DNA of 64,000 nucleotides from Octopus sinensis (taxonomy: Eukaryota), in assembly GCF_006345805.1 (NCBI RefSeq), contig NW_021829832.1:620001-684000 (forward strand). The letters run 5' to 3'. Shown in pieces: positions 26,380-38,238 of the stretch (position 1 is the stretch's first letter; every line of letters starts with the position of its first letter). A program made the position numbers and the translations under genes. Below the pieces are notes generated by a model, which worked only from the letters and a program-made list of their open reading frames with translations, searched no databases and was not told the origin of the DNA.

Positions 26380-27215
26380 GGGGAAGTCCTCTGGTTGGTG
26401 GGAAGCAAATGGTTCTCTTTAGATACCGTTTAGGACTGTATCCGGCGCCACCAAAAAAGGTGAACCACATGACGCGCGCTAACCACATTTGAAAATATTA
26501 TAAAAATAATGTTCATCTAGGGATGTAAATGTCGAATACGCGAAGGAAAGACTACAAAGAATACTGGACGACTTATATGGATGGCTATATGAAAACAGAC
26601 TACATGCATGTTCCGAAAAGTCAGCAGTCACTCTATTCACGAAAAATAGGAAGATGGGGACGAAAACTATTGATGTCACGTTGAACGGAATTCCAATACC
26701 ACAAAAGAAAACACAGAAGATATTGGGAGTAACGTTTGATACTTTCCTCTGTTTTTCACCTCACGTAGAATCGATCGTATCAACCTGTATAAAGAAGATC
26801 AATTTTGTAAAAGCCTTCCTTTGGAACTGTGGGAGAACTTATCCGCCAGGGGTAGAGACACTTTACAAGCAGTATATCGAGCCAACAATAGGCTATGCAT
26901 GTGCTGCTTGGGGCTGTAACCTGGCGGCAACGAACCGGCTAAAAATCGAAAAAATTCAAGAAAGATCTATCAACCTACTGAAGGACCATACCGATAGGGA
27001 AATTGTCCATAGAACACTGGAGTCTCTCGTAGAGGCAAATGGGGGGATCGTGGAAATGGACCACAAACCATTTACCGTACATACAGAAAGTGTGTGGGGT
27101 CACGGTCGGAACATCGTGAAAAGATGGCTCGACTGTTGAGAATCACCGGAATCACCTGAACGTGTTAGTTAATGGTTAAGACGGTGATTTTGTTTGGCTT
27201 AAATAATAATAATAA
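26380..27215 (+). mobile_element. I-group-like LINE 3' fragment
   Basis: VQGSPL, KILGVTFDTFLCFSPHV, LYKQYIEPTIGYACAAW; ends in (AAT)n. Confidence 0.7.
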
Positions 27216-28499
27216 TTTTGATCGTAAAATTTAGTATTTTATGTGCAGCGTCAAAAAATTCCTGAAGGAACAGAGAAATTTTCAAAATGTGGTTCTTAAA
27301 GATTAACGACGACTTTTTCACAAGATAGAAAAATACTTTTAATAATGGATAATGATACATCCATTCTTTATTAAAATACTAAAATGTTAAATTTTTTTCC
27401 AAAAACACAACATCTTTGGTTCAACCTTTAGACATGGGTATAATAAAATGTTTCAAAGTACATTACACTAACTTCCTAAAGGACTTTATGCTTAATTTGA
27501 AAGAAGATACAACAATTAATCCTAAATCTTTGAAAAATATAGAAATGTGTCAGATTATAGTAGTTGTTAAAAAAAGTGTGTATGGAAGTTAAAGAAGCAG
27601 CAATAATTAATTGTTATAAAAAATTAAAGAAAATAGAGAAGAATTAGTTGAAAATAAAAATTACGGGGAAGAAGTCTTGGAAAAAATAATAACTGAAGTA
27701 ATATCTGAAGAAAACGAAGATTTAATCAAAAGTCGCCGATTTATAATGAAATTACACAGAGAGCAAAAAATGATATCAGAAACGTATTAGAACAAGTTAT
27801 AACATGTTTTTTTCAGTCACTATAAACGTTTTTTGTTTCCATCCGAGTCTACGTAATTTTGAAATGGATGTTTTACAGCATAATAAATCTCATTATTAAA
27901 AATTCTCATCACCTGTCAGCATCAATCATTATTATCATTAACCAGTCATCATATTATCTGATGGGATTAAAAAAGTTATTTTTCTGAGAATTATAACAGG
28001 TCTTGAACGTAATTAACTTTTAAAGAGTGAGGATACTCATTTGAAGCATATAGGCTTTCATTATGTTATATAACAGCTCAAACAACTGAAACTGTTAGTT
28101 AAAAAGTGTAATTTCCTATTTCAAAGACATTTAATGCATATAAGCATATAAAGTATTGTGGAAGGACATTTGAGGATTTTTGGAAAGCGCATAGCTAATA
28201 AAATATCATCGTGAATAAACGCCTACTTACTTTCTACCCATAGGTCCGATCGCTAAAAACGGGTTGAAAACTGTATCATATGTGGGGTTCAATCGTAACG
28301 TGTGATGAAGAAATAATATTAAACATCATTTAAACCCAACAATATTCCAACTTGAGATAAAATACTCCAAATGTTTCAAAATCGTAAAAAATAACTTTTT
28401 AGCACTATTTTTGACAAAATTAGTCTTTCTCTTAAAATTTAAGATGTTTAAAAATTAATATTGAACGATATCCCCTTGTTGAACGACATCCCTCTTCCT

Positions 28500-29205
28500 G
28501 AAAAACAAGAATGACATTTTACGGATAATATCATATGCGGATGATATAATCGTGTCAGCGAAGCTACAAGAAGATTACAGAAAAATATAAATAATCTGTA
28601 TACATGGTTCAATGCCAATCTGTTGAAAGCAAGCCCGGAAACGTCTGAGCTAACCTTTTTCACAACTGGGGAATTTGTTGATAAATGTGACTTCAATTCC
28701 GCAAAATAAAACTCTAAATATATTAGGAATCACCTTTGACACGTTTCTAACCTTTTCTCCCCATACGGAAAACGTGTTGACGAATTACAATAAAAACTAA
28801 ACTTTCTTAAAGCATTTCTTGGAAACTTGGAAGACCCCAAAGAAACTTACGGATTAGAGTCTCTATGCACCCAATACATTAAACCGACAATTGGTTACGG
28901 ATGTACAGTATGGGGAAGCAATCTAGCATATACAAATGTCAAAAAAATCGACAATATTCAAATGGAGATTGTAAACCTCCTAGCGAATGTTACGGGAACA
29001 AAATTCAACCAAAGGAACTAGAAGAAATCGTAAAAGAAAACGGTGGAAACCTCAGAAAAAAGTCCATGTTCGGGATCCCCGACCTCTTAGATAATGCGCT
29101 GTAGAACACAGAGAAAAGATGCGAAGGTTTCTAAAAAAGACTGGGATAACCTGAAATAGTTAATTATGGTTATAACGGTGTTTTTGGTCCTAATAAATAA
29201 AATAC
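28500..29205 (+). mobile_element. Second copy of the same I-group-like LINE 3' fragment
   Basis: YADDIIV, LGITFDTFLTFSPH, YIKPTIGYGCTVWGSNL; shares the 3' UTR motif ACCTGAA..ATGGTTA..ACGGTG.TTTT with 27150-27195. Confidence 0.65.
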
Positions 29206-29334
29206 AAATTTTGAAATTTCAGTAAAATTAGCGTGCCTTTCAAAATATTTACGGGCAAGACTATTAGATTTTTTTGGGAATACGATAATAATTGTATCTC
29301 AAATTTTTTATTACTGCAATATAAGTAAAGATTA

Positions 29335-29450
29335 TTCCAATTGTCTTGACATGGGATGGAGTTGTCTCAAAGTTCTTTAAAAGTCACATGGATAAGTTAT
29401 CCATTGAAGAAGGAACTAGGACATACATCCAGTCGGTTTTGACGGAGAAA
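29335..29450 (+). mobile_element. Remnant of the C-terminus of an RLE-type retroelement
   Basis: Reads IVLTWDGVVSKFFKSHMDKL..YIQSVL; short, motif-only support. Confidence 0.3.
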
Positions 29451-30163
29451 TGGAAAATGAAGGAAAGGTATTAAAAAGAAAAGATTGCAGCTATTATAGT
29501 CGTTAGAAAATGATACGTTTGATATCCAGACATCTTAACTTTAGAAAGAGTATATATCTTAAAACTAAAAGATGTTCTTCGTTCTTAAAAGTGCCCTAAT
29601 TGCAAATTCACAATTAAAACGATGGACCATCAGCAACTAGATGTAATTTTTAAATTAAATTTCATTTAAGGGTAATAAAATTTTGGGGAGGATAAAGAGA
29701 AATACAAATAGATTTTAGTCATATATCTCGTAACCCAAAATCACGATTATAGTTATGCTATTCAACCAGTGATCTCGACAATTTTATTCAGTACCCATGC
29801 ACTTCTGCAAACAACCCTCTTTTGGAGGCAGAGGAAAGGTGGGATTGTCTCCAAACATGCCTCGGAAGAGAAAAAAAGTTCTTTTTATTCCGTTAAAAAA
29901 TTAACATAATTTTTTATATGTTACACCTTTTCGATCTGTTCTTTTTTCAACTTTAACAATGGTAGGATAGTTCTTTTATTCTGTTCTAAGTGCATGAAAA
30001 TACTATATTCCTCTGTCCTTTGGATAGTTTAAGGACTTTGCTTTTGTAACGCGAATTTGTAGTTTTCTCGCTCTTGTACCAACATGCGCGATCGTCTACG
30101 TTTTGAATCTTCAACAGTGTAGTAATTTAAAACCATGAAATTAATTTGAAACAACGCACTCAT

Positions 30164-30266
30164 GATCCTCGGGAGGTGGATTGGCTTTTTCAGCGGTTCT
30201 CGTCGCCGTTATCCGGGGGAACAGTTTGGCGATCCGCCAGGCTGCTGGCCCTCCCTTCGATTAATC
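30164..30266 (+). mobile_element. CRE-like 3' tail
   Basis: DPREVDWLFQRFS..VIRGNSLAIRQAAG..D*; ends CGATTAATC like the 4880-6850 copy. Confidence 0.65.
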
Positions 30267-30871
30267 TTTTATCACTTTTGCTTGAACATTTAAATAAATC
30301 TAAGCAATTAAAACTGATTTGAAACAACAATAATACAGGTGTGAAACTTCCAAAAATGTTAAATTTTTTAAACAAGGGGAGATTAAAGAAATATTTGAGT
30401 AATGAATCTACACAAAACATTTATTAGAGAATATCTTATGTGGCCAAATCACGATAAAAATGGGAAAATTTTTATTGAATTAAATAAAAGTGGCATTTCA
30501 TGAATTTCTCATTGTTAATTAATGAGAAATCATATTTAACAGCTGTTTGAAATGATTGAATATCCGAAATAAATTTTTCATTATGAATGATAAAAAATAG
30601 AATAATTATTAATCTAACTAATTTTTTTTGATTTTTGCTTTGATCAAGATAGTTTGACATTATTTTATCAGCTTTATCTGCGGGATATTGATTTAAATTT
30701 TAGATTTTTTAATACAATAAAATTTAGAAGATAAATTTCCTAGATTTAGAGTGAAACATTTTTTTCTTAAAGTCAAATAGACTTGAGAAATTAAGATTAT
30801 TATTTATTACAAAAATTCACTTAAGCTTTTCTTCATTCAAATCTTTGGAACCCAGTCTTAATTGAGTAAAT

Positions 30872-31512
30872 TTATTCTATTTTTAAGAATTTAAATATAT
30901 CAACCGAAAACTTGGCCATAATGGTTGTGTCGAGTTTCTTCCTAAATTCTTTTCTTTTCATAAGCTGGATCACCTGCCTTCTATAAGCTGAGTTCTGAAA
31001 ACGAAGAAACGTGTCATTTTCCATTAAATTACAAATCTGAAATCAAAAATAATATCAAAACCTCTCGTTGTGCTGAATCAAATGTGGAAACAGTCGGATT
31101 TGTTAAATTCAGAGCAACTTTATTTTTGGTCTCCAGAGAAATGTTCAGACCGCAAGGAGAGTCATCAATGAAAAATGTATTGTAAATACAAAAAGCTGCA
31201 TATGTTCTCTGAAAAGTCATTTTAACTAACCCAACTTTCTCAATATTATTTATCGAACGATATTTTTCAACCTTTTCCCAAAATTCAACATTTTCAGCAC
31301 TTAATTCGGACATTGCAAATTCTTTAAATAACTTCCGCGTAGAGTTGTTGTTTAATATTTTTTGCAGAGTAGGAAAATCATTTTTTTCTGGGGATTTAGA
31401 TTTTATATTCTAAATAATTTTTATATCATAAATATAAAACTGCTGATTTGGAAATCTTTAGAACTTTTCTTTGCTGAAAAAACTGATCGAGCATGCGACT
31501 TTTATGGCTCAT
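30872..31512 (-). CDS. Small RGS-domain protein; start uncertain
   Basis: LQKILNNNSTRKLFKEFAMSELSAENVEFW, IYNTFFIDDSPCGLNIS, FDSAQRE/ICNLMENDTFLRFQNS after removing a 25-nt intron. Confidence 0.8.
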
Positions 31513-32188
31513 TTGTACTTTTACCGAACATTAACTATTCTATAATATAAAATACGAACATAACCTTCACGCGAAAATATCAAAAATCTGTTCGAGTTAA
31601 ATCAAAGGAATTATTTGAGCTGACATTCATTTGTCAAAAAAAAGCTGATGAAAGAAGTTTTGTGATAAGGCTCCCTATCAGTCTAAAAAATATAAAATTT
31701 TATTCAAGGCAGGTGCACATTTTGAGTGATGACTGTCAATTCGCAATGCCAATGCAATGATAGATGGACGGAAGAATGTCATAGAACGGAAGTAATATAG
31801 ATTTAAGGATTGCAGGTGTTACATTAATGTATTTTATTGGCCTCACATTAACCCAACTATATTCTTCTCAGATATAAAATGTTTCCATAAATCAGTTAAT
31901 GTTTTAGGTTACAAAAATTCTCAGATTCTTTTATTTACCTGATTGTGATCTGACCCAGAAAATTGAATATTTAAAAATAAGGATATTAACGATTTTTCGG
32001 ACTTTTTTGTAATTCTTAAAAAAATTCAGAACGGAAACCCCTCTTATTGCGACATTAACTTGAGCTGGAAGTTTAACTAAAAATGACGAATCGTTTAAAA
32101 ATAACACCTAAATATTCATTAATTAAAAATTAGTAAAATTTTAAAATATACTATCTAATAAAATATTTGTTTAGTTGTCTTAAATTTA

Positions 32189-32693
32189 ATGACAGATTGC
32201 GATCCAGAAATATTCGAAGTGGAAACAATTTTGAAAAAAAGTTATCGACATGTATCTTTTTTCTCTTCATATTCCCAAGGGTAAACCGTTCTACTGGATC
32301 AAGTGGAATGGGTGGAGATCTAGGTAGTCTGTCTAACACATTCTTCAGTTACAATACTTGGGAACCTGAAGAAAACATTTATAACACAGATTTGATCAAA
32401 GAGTTTAACAAGTACAATTTATTCAATATTTAACAGGCGAGAGAAAAGGCAGAAAAATAAGAAAGTATTAAATTTCAGCATTTTTGTAGAAAAAACCAAA
32501 GGTCCACAATCAAACTAAGAAGGCTATCAAATGTCCGAGTATTTCCGAGGACGACGGAGGGAAAGAGCATTTGTGGTACCCTTCCGTGGAAGACATGGAC
32601 CGAGTAAAAAATACAAGAATATTATCATTCTTAAATGATTCGGACGAAAGTGAAAAATATACGAACATTGTTCTTTTAGAAGATTTTAATTAA
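32189..32693 (+). CDS. Polycomb/CBX-like chromodomain protein, ~133 aa, 5 exons
   Basis: Exons 32189-32251, 32280-32323, 32349-32411, 32437-32464, 32490-32693 give IFEVETILKKSYRHGKPFYWIKWNGWRSSYNTWEPEENIYNTDLIKEF, a basic linker and LWYPSVEDMDRVKNTRI. Confidence 0.85.
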
Positions 32694-33474
32694 TTTTTTT
32701 AATTAAAAATTATCAGAAAACTTTAACATGTGTCAAAATTATTAAGTTTCTACAATCTATATCCACTAATTCCAACAAATTCATTTATTCATGAATTTTT
32801 AAAACTTAAATTCAAATAAATATTTCAAAAGTTAAGATTAGATTACTAATAGGATTTTTGATTGAAATATAAAAACCATGTCAGGAATTTATAACTAGTC
32901 CTGATTAACGAGAATTTTATTTGCAAATCAGGCCTGTTATTTCTCTCTCAAATTACACTTCAATTTGTTAAACAAAAAAATACTATTTATTTAGAAAAAA
33001 AACTTTGGAAAAAGATTAATTTCGATTGTCGTCAAAAATGAATTGATTTTATTCCAGTTTTTAGAGAGGACGTCGAAACTTATCAAATCTTGATATTTCT
33101 AGCTTCTGAATATAGAATTGAAAAACATTAAGCCGGTGGCTCTGGTAAGTCAGAAGTGGGTCACTTTCCAACCCAATATTGGGAAATGCTTAACAGCAAT
33201 TATGTCAGAAGACAGAAAACCTAAAATCGGCAAAAACTTTGATGTTTATTGGATATACTTTTATGTGGTTAAATCAAAGTGGCTTTGAATATCTAAATTT
33301 TTTTCTCAGGAATCGCACCTAAGATCCTCTAAGAAAGCTATAGTGTCTCACTCTTCTCAGAGTACGTTTTGAAGGCAGGCTTCTGATCTCTTTCAAGATT
33401 GTTTTTGCCTTCTCACCGATGACTTACACAATGTTGGGTAGATAGACGTACTTTGATTCCTTTCGAGCTTTCAG

Positions 33475-33855
33475 TCAGAGAACAGGCATGTCTGGCAGTC
33501 GTCGCAGATGAAGGAAAATATCAAGCAGGTTATATCTACTGAGCTTTTTCACTACATACTTCTCATCATCATCGTCCAACTGCTTCTTACTCGAACATTG
33601 TTGTTGTGCGGAGGGTATTCCGTCATCCTTTTCAAGAGACTTTCGTTGGAGGTAATGGATAACTTCAACAATGTCTCTTCCGGAAACTTCTATTCCGTGT
33701 CTATATTCCACAAACATGCTTTCAAGAGTTTCTTTGATCTTCACCAATTGGATGTATGCCTTTGATTGTATAATCACATCCCAAAAGTCTATATGTCTTA
33801 TATAATTTGCTGACAATCTCCTTTTATGATAAAACAATGATTTAAACTGTTGCAT
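33475..33855 (-). CDS. Unassigned ORF (orphan gene or decayed transposase)
   Basis: 126-aa ORF with no motif I recognise. Confidence 0.2.
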   Translation of the reverse strand: MQQFKSLFYHKRRLSANYIRHIDFWDVIIQSKAYIQLVKIKETLESMFVEYRHGIEVSGRDIVEVIHYLQRKSLEKDDGIPSAQQQCSSKKQLDDDDEKYVVKKLSRYNLLDIFLHLRRLPDMPVL

Positions 33856-34453
33856 TACATATCTGTGTCAATTTCACACCAGTACAATATTTATGTAGTT
33901 TTTTTAATTTGCACAGATTTCAGGATTTCTTGAGAAGTGATTCCAACTTTTATTAGAGTTATCTCCTCATTTTTCTTGGAAACATAAAAAAATTCGGCTT
34001 GTTATGTGGAATTTTGTCATTATTCAATATTGTCGTATCGACATTTTAAGTTGTTATTATTGACTAGACAGGCTGAGTCTTCAATTTCTTTGAATATTCC
34101 ATAGTTACAACAAAGGTTGATATGAAGAGATTCTCATTATCACGTCGTATGTAATCACTTTTCAACATTTTATTGCATCTTGTGGCCAAATGATCGATTG
34201 TTTTCTTTGTCAATTTTCAATTATTTCAATCCAATCATTTCTGTTTGAAGAACAAGTTATGATCATGTAAAAGACAGTATAGAGCTCCTGCCCTCGGGGA
34301 TATTCTCCTTTAAAGCCATTTCGAAGGCATTGCAGTATCAACAACCGAATCTTTTAAGGATTTGAATAACAAAGAATGCCATCAATAACTGTTCTCTTTG
34401 AGTTTATTTGAGTTTATTTTATTTTTTGTATTTGTTGTATCTTTACTTTAGAG

Positions 34454-34511
34454 CAGCGGTTCTCAAATGCGGCCATATGGCCATAAGTAGTTTACTTTAA
34501 ATTATAAGTAA
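34454..34511 (+). mobile_element. Possible hAT (Charlie/Buster-like) element end hosting the Helitron
   Basis: CAGCGGTTCTCAAA preceded by CTTTAGAG (resembles the NTCTAGAN target); the partner TIR was not found. Confidence 0.3.
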
Positions 34512-35168
34512 CTAGCTCGGCAGCTCGCTTCGCTCACCGCGACCTAGCTCCTGCGGAGGGCCTGTTTCATCAAACAACTATAAGTTTATGTAGATGTATA
34601 AAACTACCTGGTTTAATGTAACCCTATTCTATCGCCTGTTGATAAACGATGTTTGTCGTCCGTCCTTCCTTGGCATATATGAATAAATTTTCGCTTCTGC
34701 CTACCCTCGAGCATCCCACATACAGCTGTCCATGTGAAAAGCACTCACTCTCTAAAAATAACCCAACTACCTTTAATGACTGTCCCTGGGCCTTGTTTAT
34801 TGTCATTGCAAACTTTTTTTTCATTTTTTGTGGTTATTTTTTTTATATTTAATTTTTTCATTTTCCTTTGTAATTTCCTTTTTTTTCTTTTTTTATTTTT
34901 TACTGGCGGAAATGGGGCAGGGGGAGATACGGCAGGCGGAAATGCGGCAGGCAAGAAAGCGACACACAAAAAAGATTTAATTAATTACCTTATTAAGCTG
35001 ACCGTTTTTTCTTCAGCTTCGTTTTTCCTCCTTCGGTTATCTATTTAAAAAATTATTTTTGAATAATAAAAAAGTTTAGGAAAAGAGGCATACCGAAAAT
35101 AAATTCTATCTTTACGAAAAACTCAAGTAAATAGTTAATATTTTTACGCAAATTCTTCTGATTGCGCT

Positions 35169-35372
35169 GTCAATTGGTGGTAAATTGTGTTAATGGTTGT
35201 GCTAATGTGGTTTCAACTATCAAAGTGTTTTTCAAAATCTGTTAATTGCACACTCTATTCAAGGTCGTGCGTCAATTGGTGGTAAATTGTGTTAATGATT
35301 GTGCTAATGTGGTTTCAACTATCAAGTGGTTTTTCTAAATCTGTTACTTGCACACTCTATTCAAAGTCGTGC
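35169..35372. repeat. Two tandem copies of a 102-bp unit inside the Helitron
   Basis: GTCAATTGGTGGTAAATTG starts at both 35169 and 35271. Confidence 0.9.
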
Positions 35373-35582
35373 AATCTGTGATTGCACATTCTGTCAAAGT
35401 CAAATATGATAATAGCTTTAATTTTGATTCATGGTCGATAATGATATATGCATTTAATTTTAAAGAGAAAAACATAGGATGAATTGAATTTCTTTATCGC
35501 GAATAATTGGGAGTTCATCATTGTTAATATTCTCGCTGTCGTTTTCATCAAGGATATTCTTAATACGTGAGATTTTTGCCTT

Positions 35583-36285
35583 GAAGGTTTTAATGGACCT
35601 CATCATGAATGTCGAGGACATTCGCGTTGTTCATTTTAATCAAAATGCAGAAAATAATTTTTTGATTTTTTGGGGGAAAGGTTTTAAGGACTTCATCATG
35701 TAAGTCGAGGACATTGTAGTTGTTCATTTTAACCAAAATGCAGAAAATTTTTTTTTAATTTTTTTGGGGGGGAAGGTTTTAAGGACTTCATCATGTAAGT
35801 TGAGGACATTGTAGTTGTTCATTTTAACCAAAATGCAGAAAATTTTTTTTTAATTTTTTTGGGGGGGAAGGTTTTAAGGACTTCATCATGTAAGTCGAGG
35901 ACATTGTAGTTGTTCATTTTAACCAAAATGCAGAAAATTTTTTTTTTAATTTTTTTGGGGGGGAAGGTTTTAAGGACTTCATCATGTAAGTCGAGGACAT
36001 TGTAGTTGTTCATTTTAACCAAAATGCAGAAAATTTTTTTTTAATTTTTTTGGGGGGGAAGGTTTTAAGGACTTCATCATGTAAGTCGAGGACATTGTAG
36101 TTGTTCATTTTAACCAAAATGCAGAAAATTTTTTTTTAATTTTTTTGGGGGGGGAGGTTTTAAGGACTTCATCATGTAAGTCGAGGACATTGTAGTTGTT
36201 CATTTTAACCAAAATGCAGAAAATTTTTTTTTAATTTTTTTGGGGGGGAAGGTTTTAAGGACCTCATCATGTAAGTCGAGGACAT
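35583..36285. repeat. Tandem array, ~95-bp unit, ~7.4 copies, inside the Helitron
   Basis: AAGTCGAGGAC-like anchors at 35608, 35702, 35797, 35892, 35988, 36083, 36178 and 36273. Confidence 0.95.
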
Positions 36286-36311
36286 CGTATTGCCAATTTG
36301 AAGTTGGTGTG

Positions 36312-36363
36312 CACACACAGACAGACAGACAGACACACAGACAGACAGACAGACAGACACACA
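36312..36363. repeat. (CAGA)n/(CA)n microsatellite near the Helitron 5' end
   Basis: Direct reading. Confidence 0.95.
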
Positions 36364-36523
36364 CCATACCATTTTATTATTAAGATAAAGCTAATCAATG
36401 ACTATTTTAGTCTGCTACTGTATTTTAATTAATTCGTCGATCATTACTTAATTCTAAAAAAATTCTGTTCAACATTTTCCCATGCTCAGTGACGTTTGAT
36501 TCTGCCCAGATATTAGAATAAAT

Positions 36524-38238
36524 TAATTTGTATATGTAACAAAGATTATTTGTGTTTTTATTTTATTTTTTTTTTAATAAAAATAAAGAAATAGAAGAAA
36601 AGCGTTAAGTGCCAGCGACAAGAACGCAGTGTGCGTTTCCGCGAACAATGGCCAGACCGATGCGCTGGCGGAACCAGAGGCCCTCTCTCGGGTCCTTGTG
36701 CTTCCTCCCAATGGACTGCCCGACCTCGTTGAGGAATAATTGTTTAGTTAAGTTAAATTTTCAAGTCAATTTTTTAGTTTGTAAGTTAATAAAGTCACTA
36801 ACCCGGGTTCTGCCAGTGCTCAGGCTGAGGAGGCTAAGAGGTCGAAGTATGGAAATATTTCGGAATCTTACGAGTTTGTCCCCCTCGCCTTCGAAACATC
36901 TGGAATTGTGGCAGGTCTGCGACTCGCCTTCTTGCCGACATTGCCAGGAGAATTGCCAGGAAGACCAACGACCGGAGGGAGACGAGCTGGCTCTTCCAGC
37001 GAATCTCGGTCGCGGTGCTCCGCGGAAACTGCCACTCGATACGCAGTGCGGCGACTCTGAGCTGACCTCCAGGCTCTTTTTAATTCGTGTATAACTTATT
37101 CCCTGTATCATACCTTTATCAAGGAAAAAAAGTTAATAAAGTTATTTTTTGGTTAAATTTTTTATTTTTAGCTTGAATAATTGATTTGAAGTTTGAAAAA
37201 TGAACTTCCATGAAAATTGAATTTTTTGGTGTTAAAAAAGAGGCGTTTCCTTTTTATGCCCCATGCAACCACTGAGGGTTGCATTCACAAAGTCTTTTAT
37301 TTGTTTAATTTGTTTCATTACCTAACTTTCTTTGCATGTAGCATTTTACAGTAGAATTAAAGCAGGTTTTATAACTTCCTATCCATATGGCCACATGGCC
37401 TTAAGTAGTTTACTTTAAATTATAAGTAAACAAGCTAATCAATGACAGTTTTAGTCTGCTCCAATATTTTAATTAATTCGTCAATCATTAGTCAATTCTA
37501 CCAAATTCTCTTCAACTTTTTCCCATCTTCAGTGACGTTTGATTCTGCTCAGATATTAGAATTAAGGTTTATTATCTATATTCCCTGTTTGTGACAGCGT
37601 GCCTTCTATTCATGATCGACTGACCACTCAAGTCATGCATACATAATTATACTAAGTTCTTTGATATCGTTTAAAAACAGTAAATTAATAGAATTTTGAT
37701 GCGAAATAAGAATTATATCCATTACTCAGTTAATTCCATTTCACCCAACATATCTGTGAAACGGCAATGTCACATCGTGGATATTTAAAGTCAAGGTATT
37801 GAAATCGTCTTAAAGTAGACGATGATAACGCCGAAAATTGATATTTTAATCTCTAAAATGCAAGTACAAAAGTCCCATTAGGCAGTTTATTTACATTATA
37901 AATTTTTATTAATAAGATTTGATTTGCCAGCTGCAGAAAGAAAACTTTCAAGAAAGAACAAGTAAGTTAATTATTTTAATTAATCCAAAATTATTGAGTC
38001 CTTGTCTTTTAAGTTTTCTTTTTAGTTGTGGTGCGGCGGTAACAACGGTAGGGCGCTCGTGACGTCCCATCCAAAAGTCCATTCATGTTTGGAATCCGTA
38101 TCTGATGAGATGTCATGACGGCGTCAATTGTCATAAAATTCACTCAGACCAATCGGAGCTTCCTGCACAGGCAGCAGCTGGGAATCGAACCCTTGACCAA
38201 GGAGATTATTAGCAAATTAGACCACTTTTACTTATTAA
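36524..38238 (+). repeat. Local segmental duplication, copy 1
   Basis: Near-identical to 40824-42199; carries an extra 350 bp (37279-37628). Confidence 0.95.
36794..37080 (+). mobile_element. CRE-like 3' tail (in duplication copy 1)
   Basis: AQAEEAKRSKY..YEFVPLAFETSG..RRETSWLFQRISVAVLRGNCHSI. Confidence 0.8.

Larger units (their letters stand above)
34512..36385 (-). mobile_element. Non-autonomous Helitron
   Basis: On the minus strand it reads A|TCTTAATAATAAAATG...GCGAAGC..CTAG|T, with no TSD. Carries a Pif1 C-terminal remnant (FAMTINKAQGQSLKVVG..FSHGQLYVGCSRV, 34624-34824). Joined flanks match 37390-37560. Confidence 0.88.

Noticed and set aside
30191-30201. CAGCGGTTCTC as a hAT TIR (also on the minus strand near 4971-4981)
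   Set aside because: It encodes FQRFS in the CRE endonuclease tail.
35583-36285. Regular repeat array as a CRISPR
   Set aside because: Units are contiguous and nearly identical with no unique spacers; eukaryotic context and no cas genes.
36609-37094. 161-aa ORF (and 40929-41348) as genes
   Set aside because: These read through a composite of repeat fragments; the meaningful CRE peptide is in another frame.
38102-38145. CTGATGAG plus a stem, hammerhead-like
   Set aside because: No GAAA after the stem and no convincing stems I/III.
38176-38198. tRNA gene
   Set aside because: B-box present but the T-stem has only 3 bp and there are no D, anticodon or acceptor arms.
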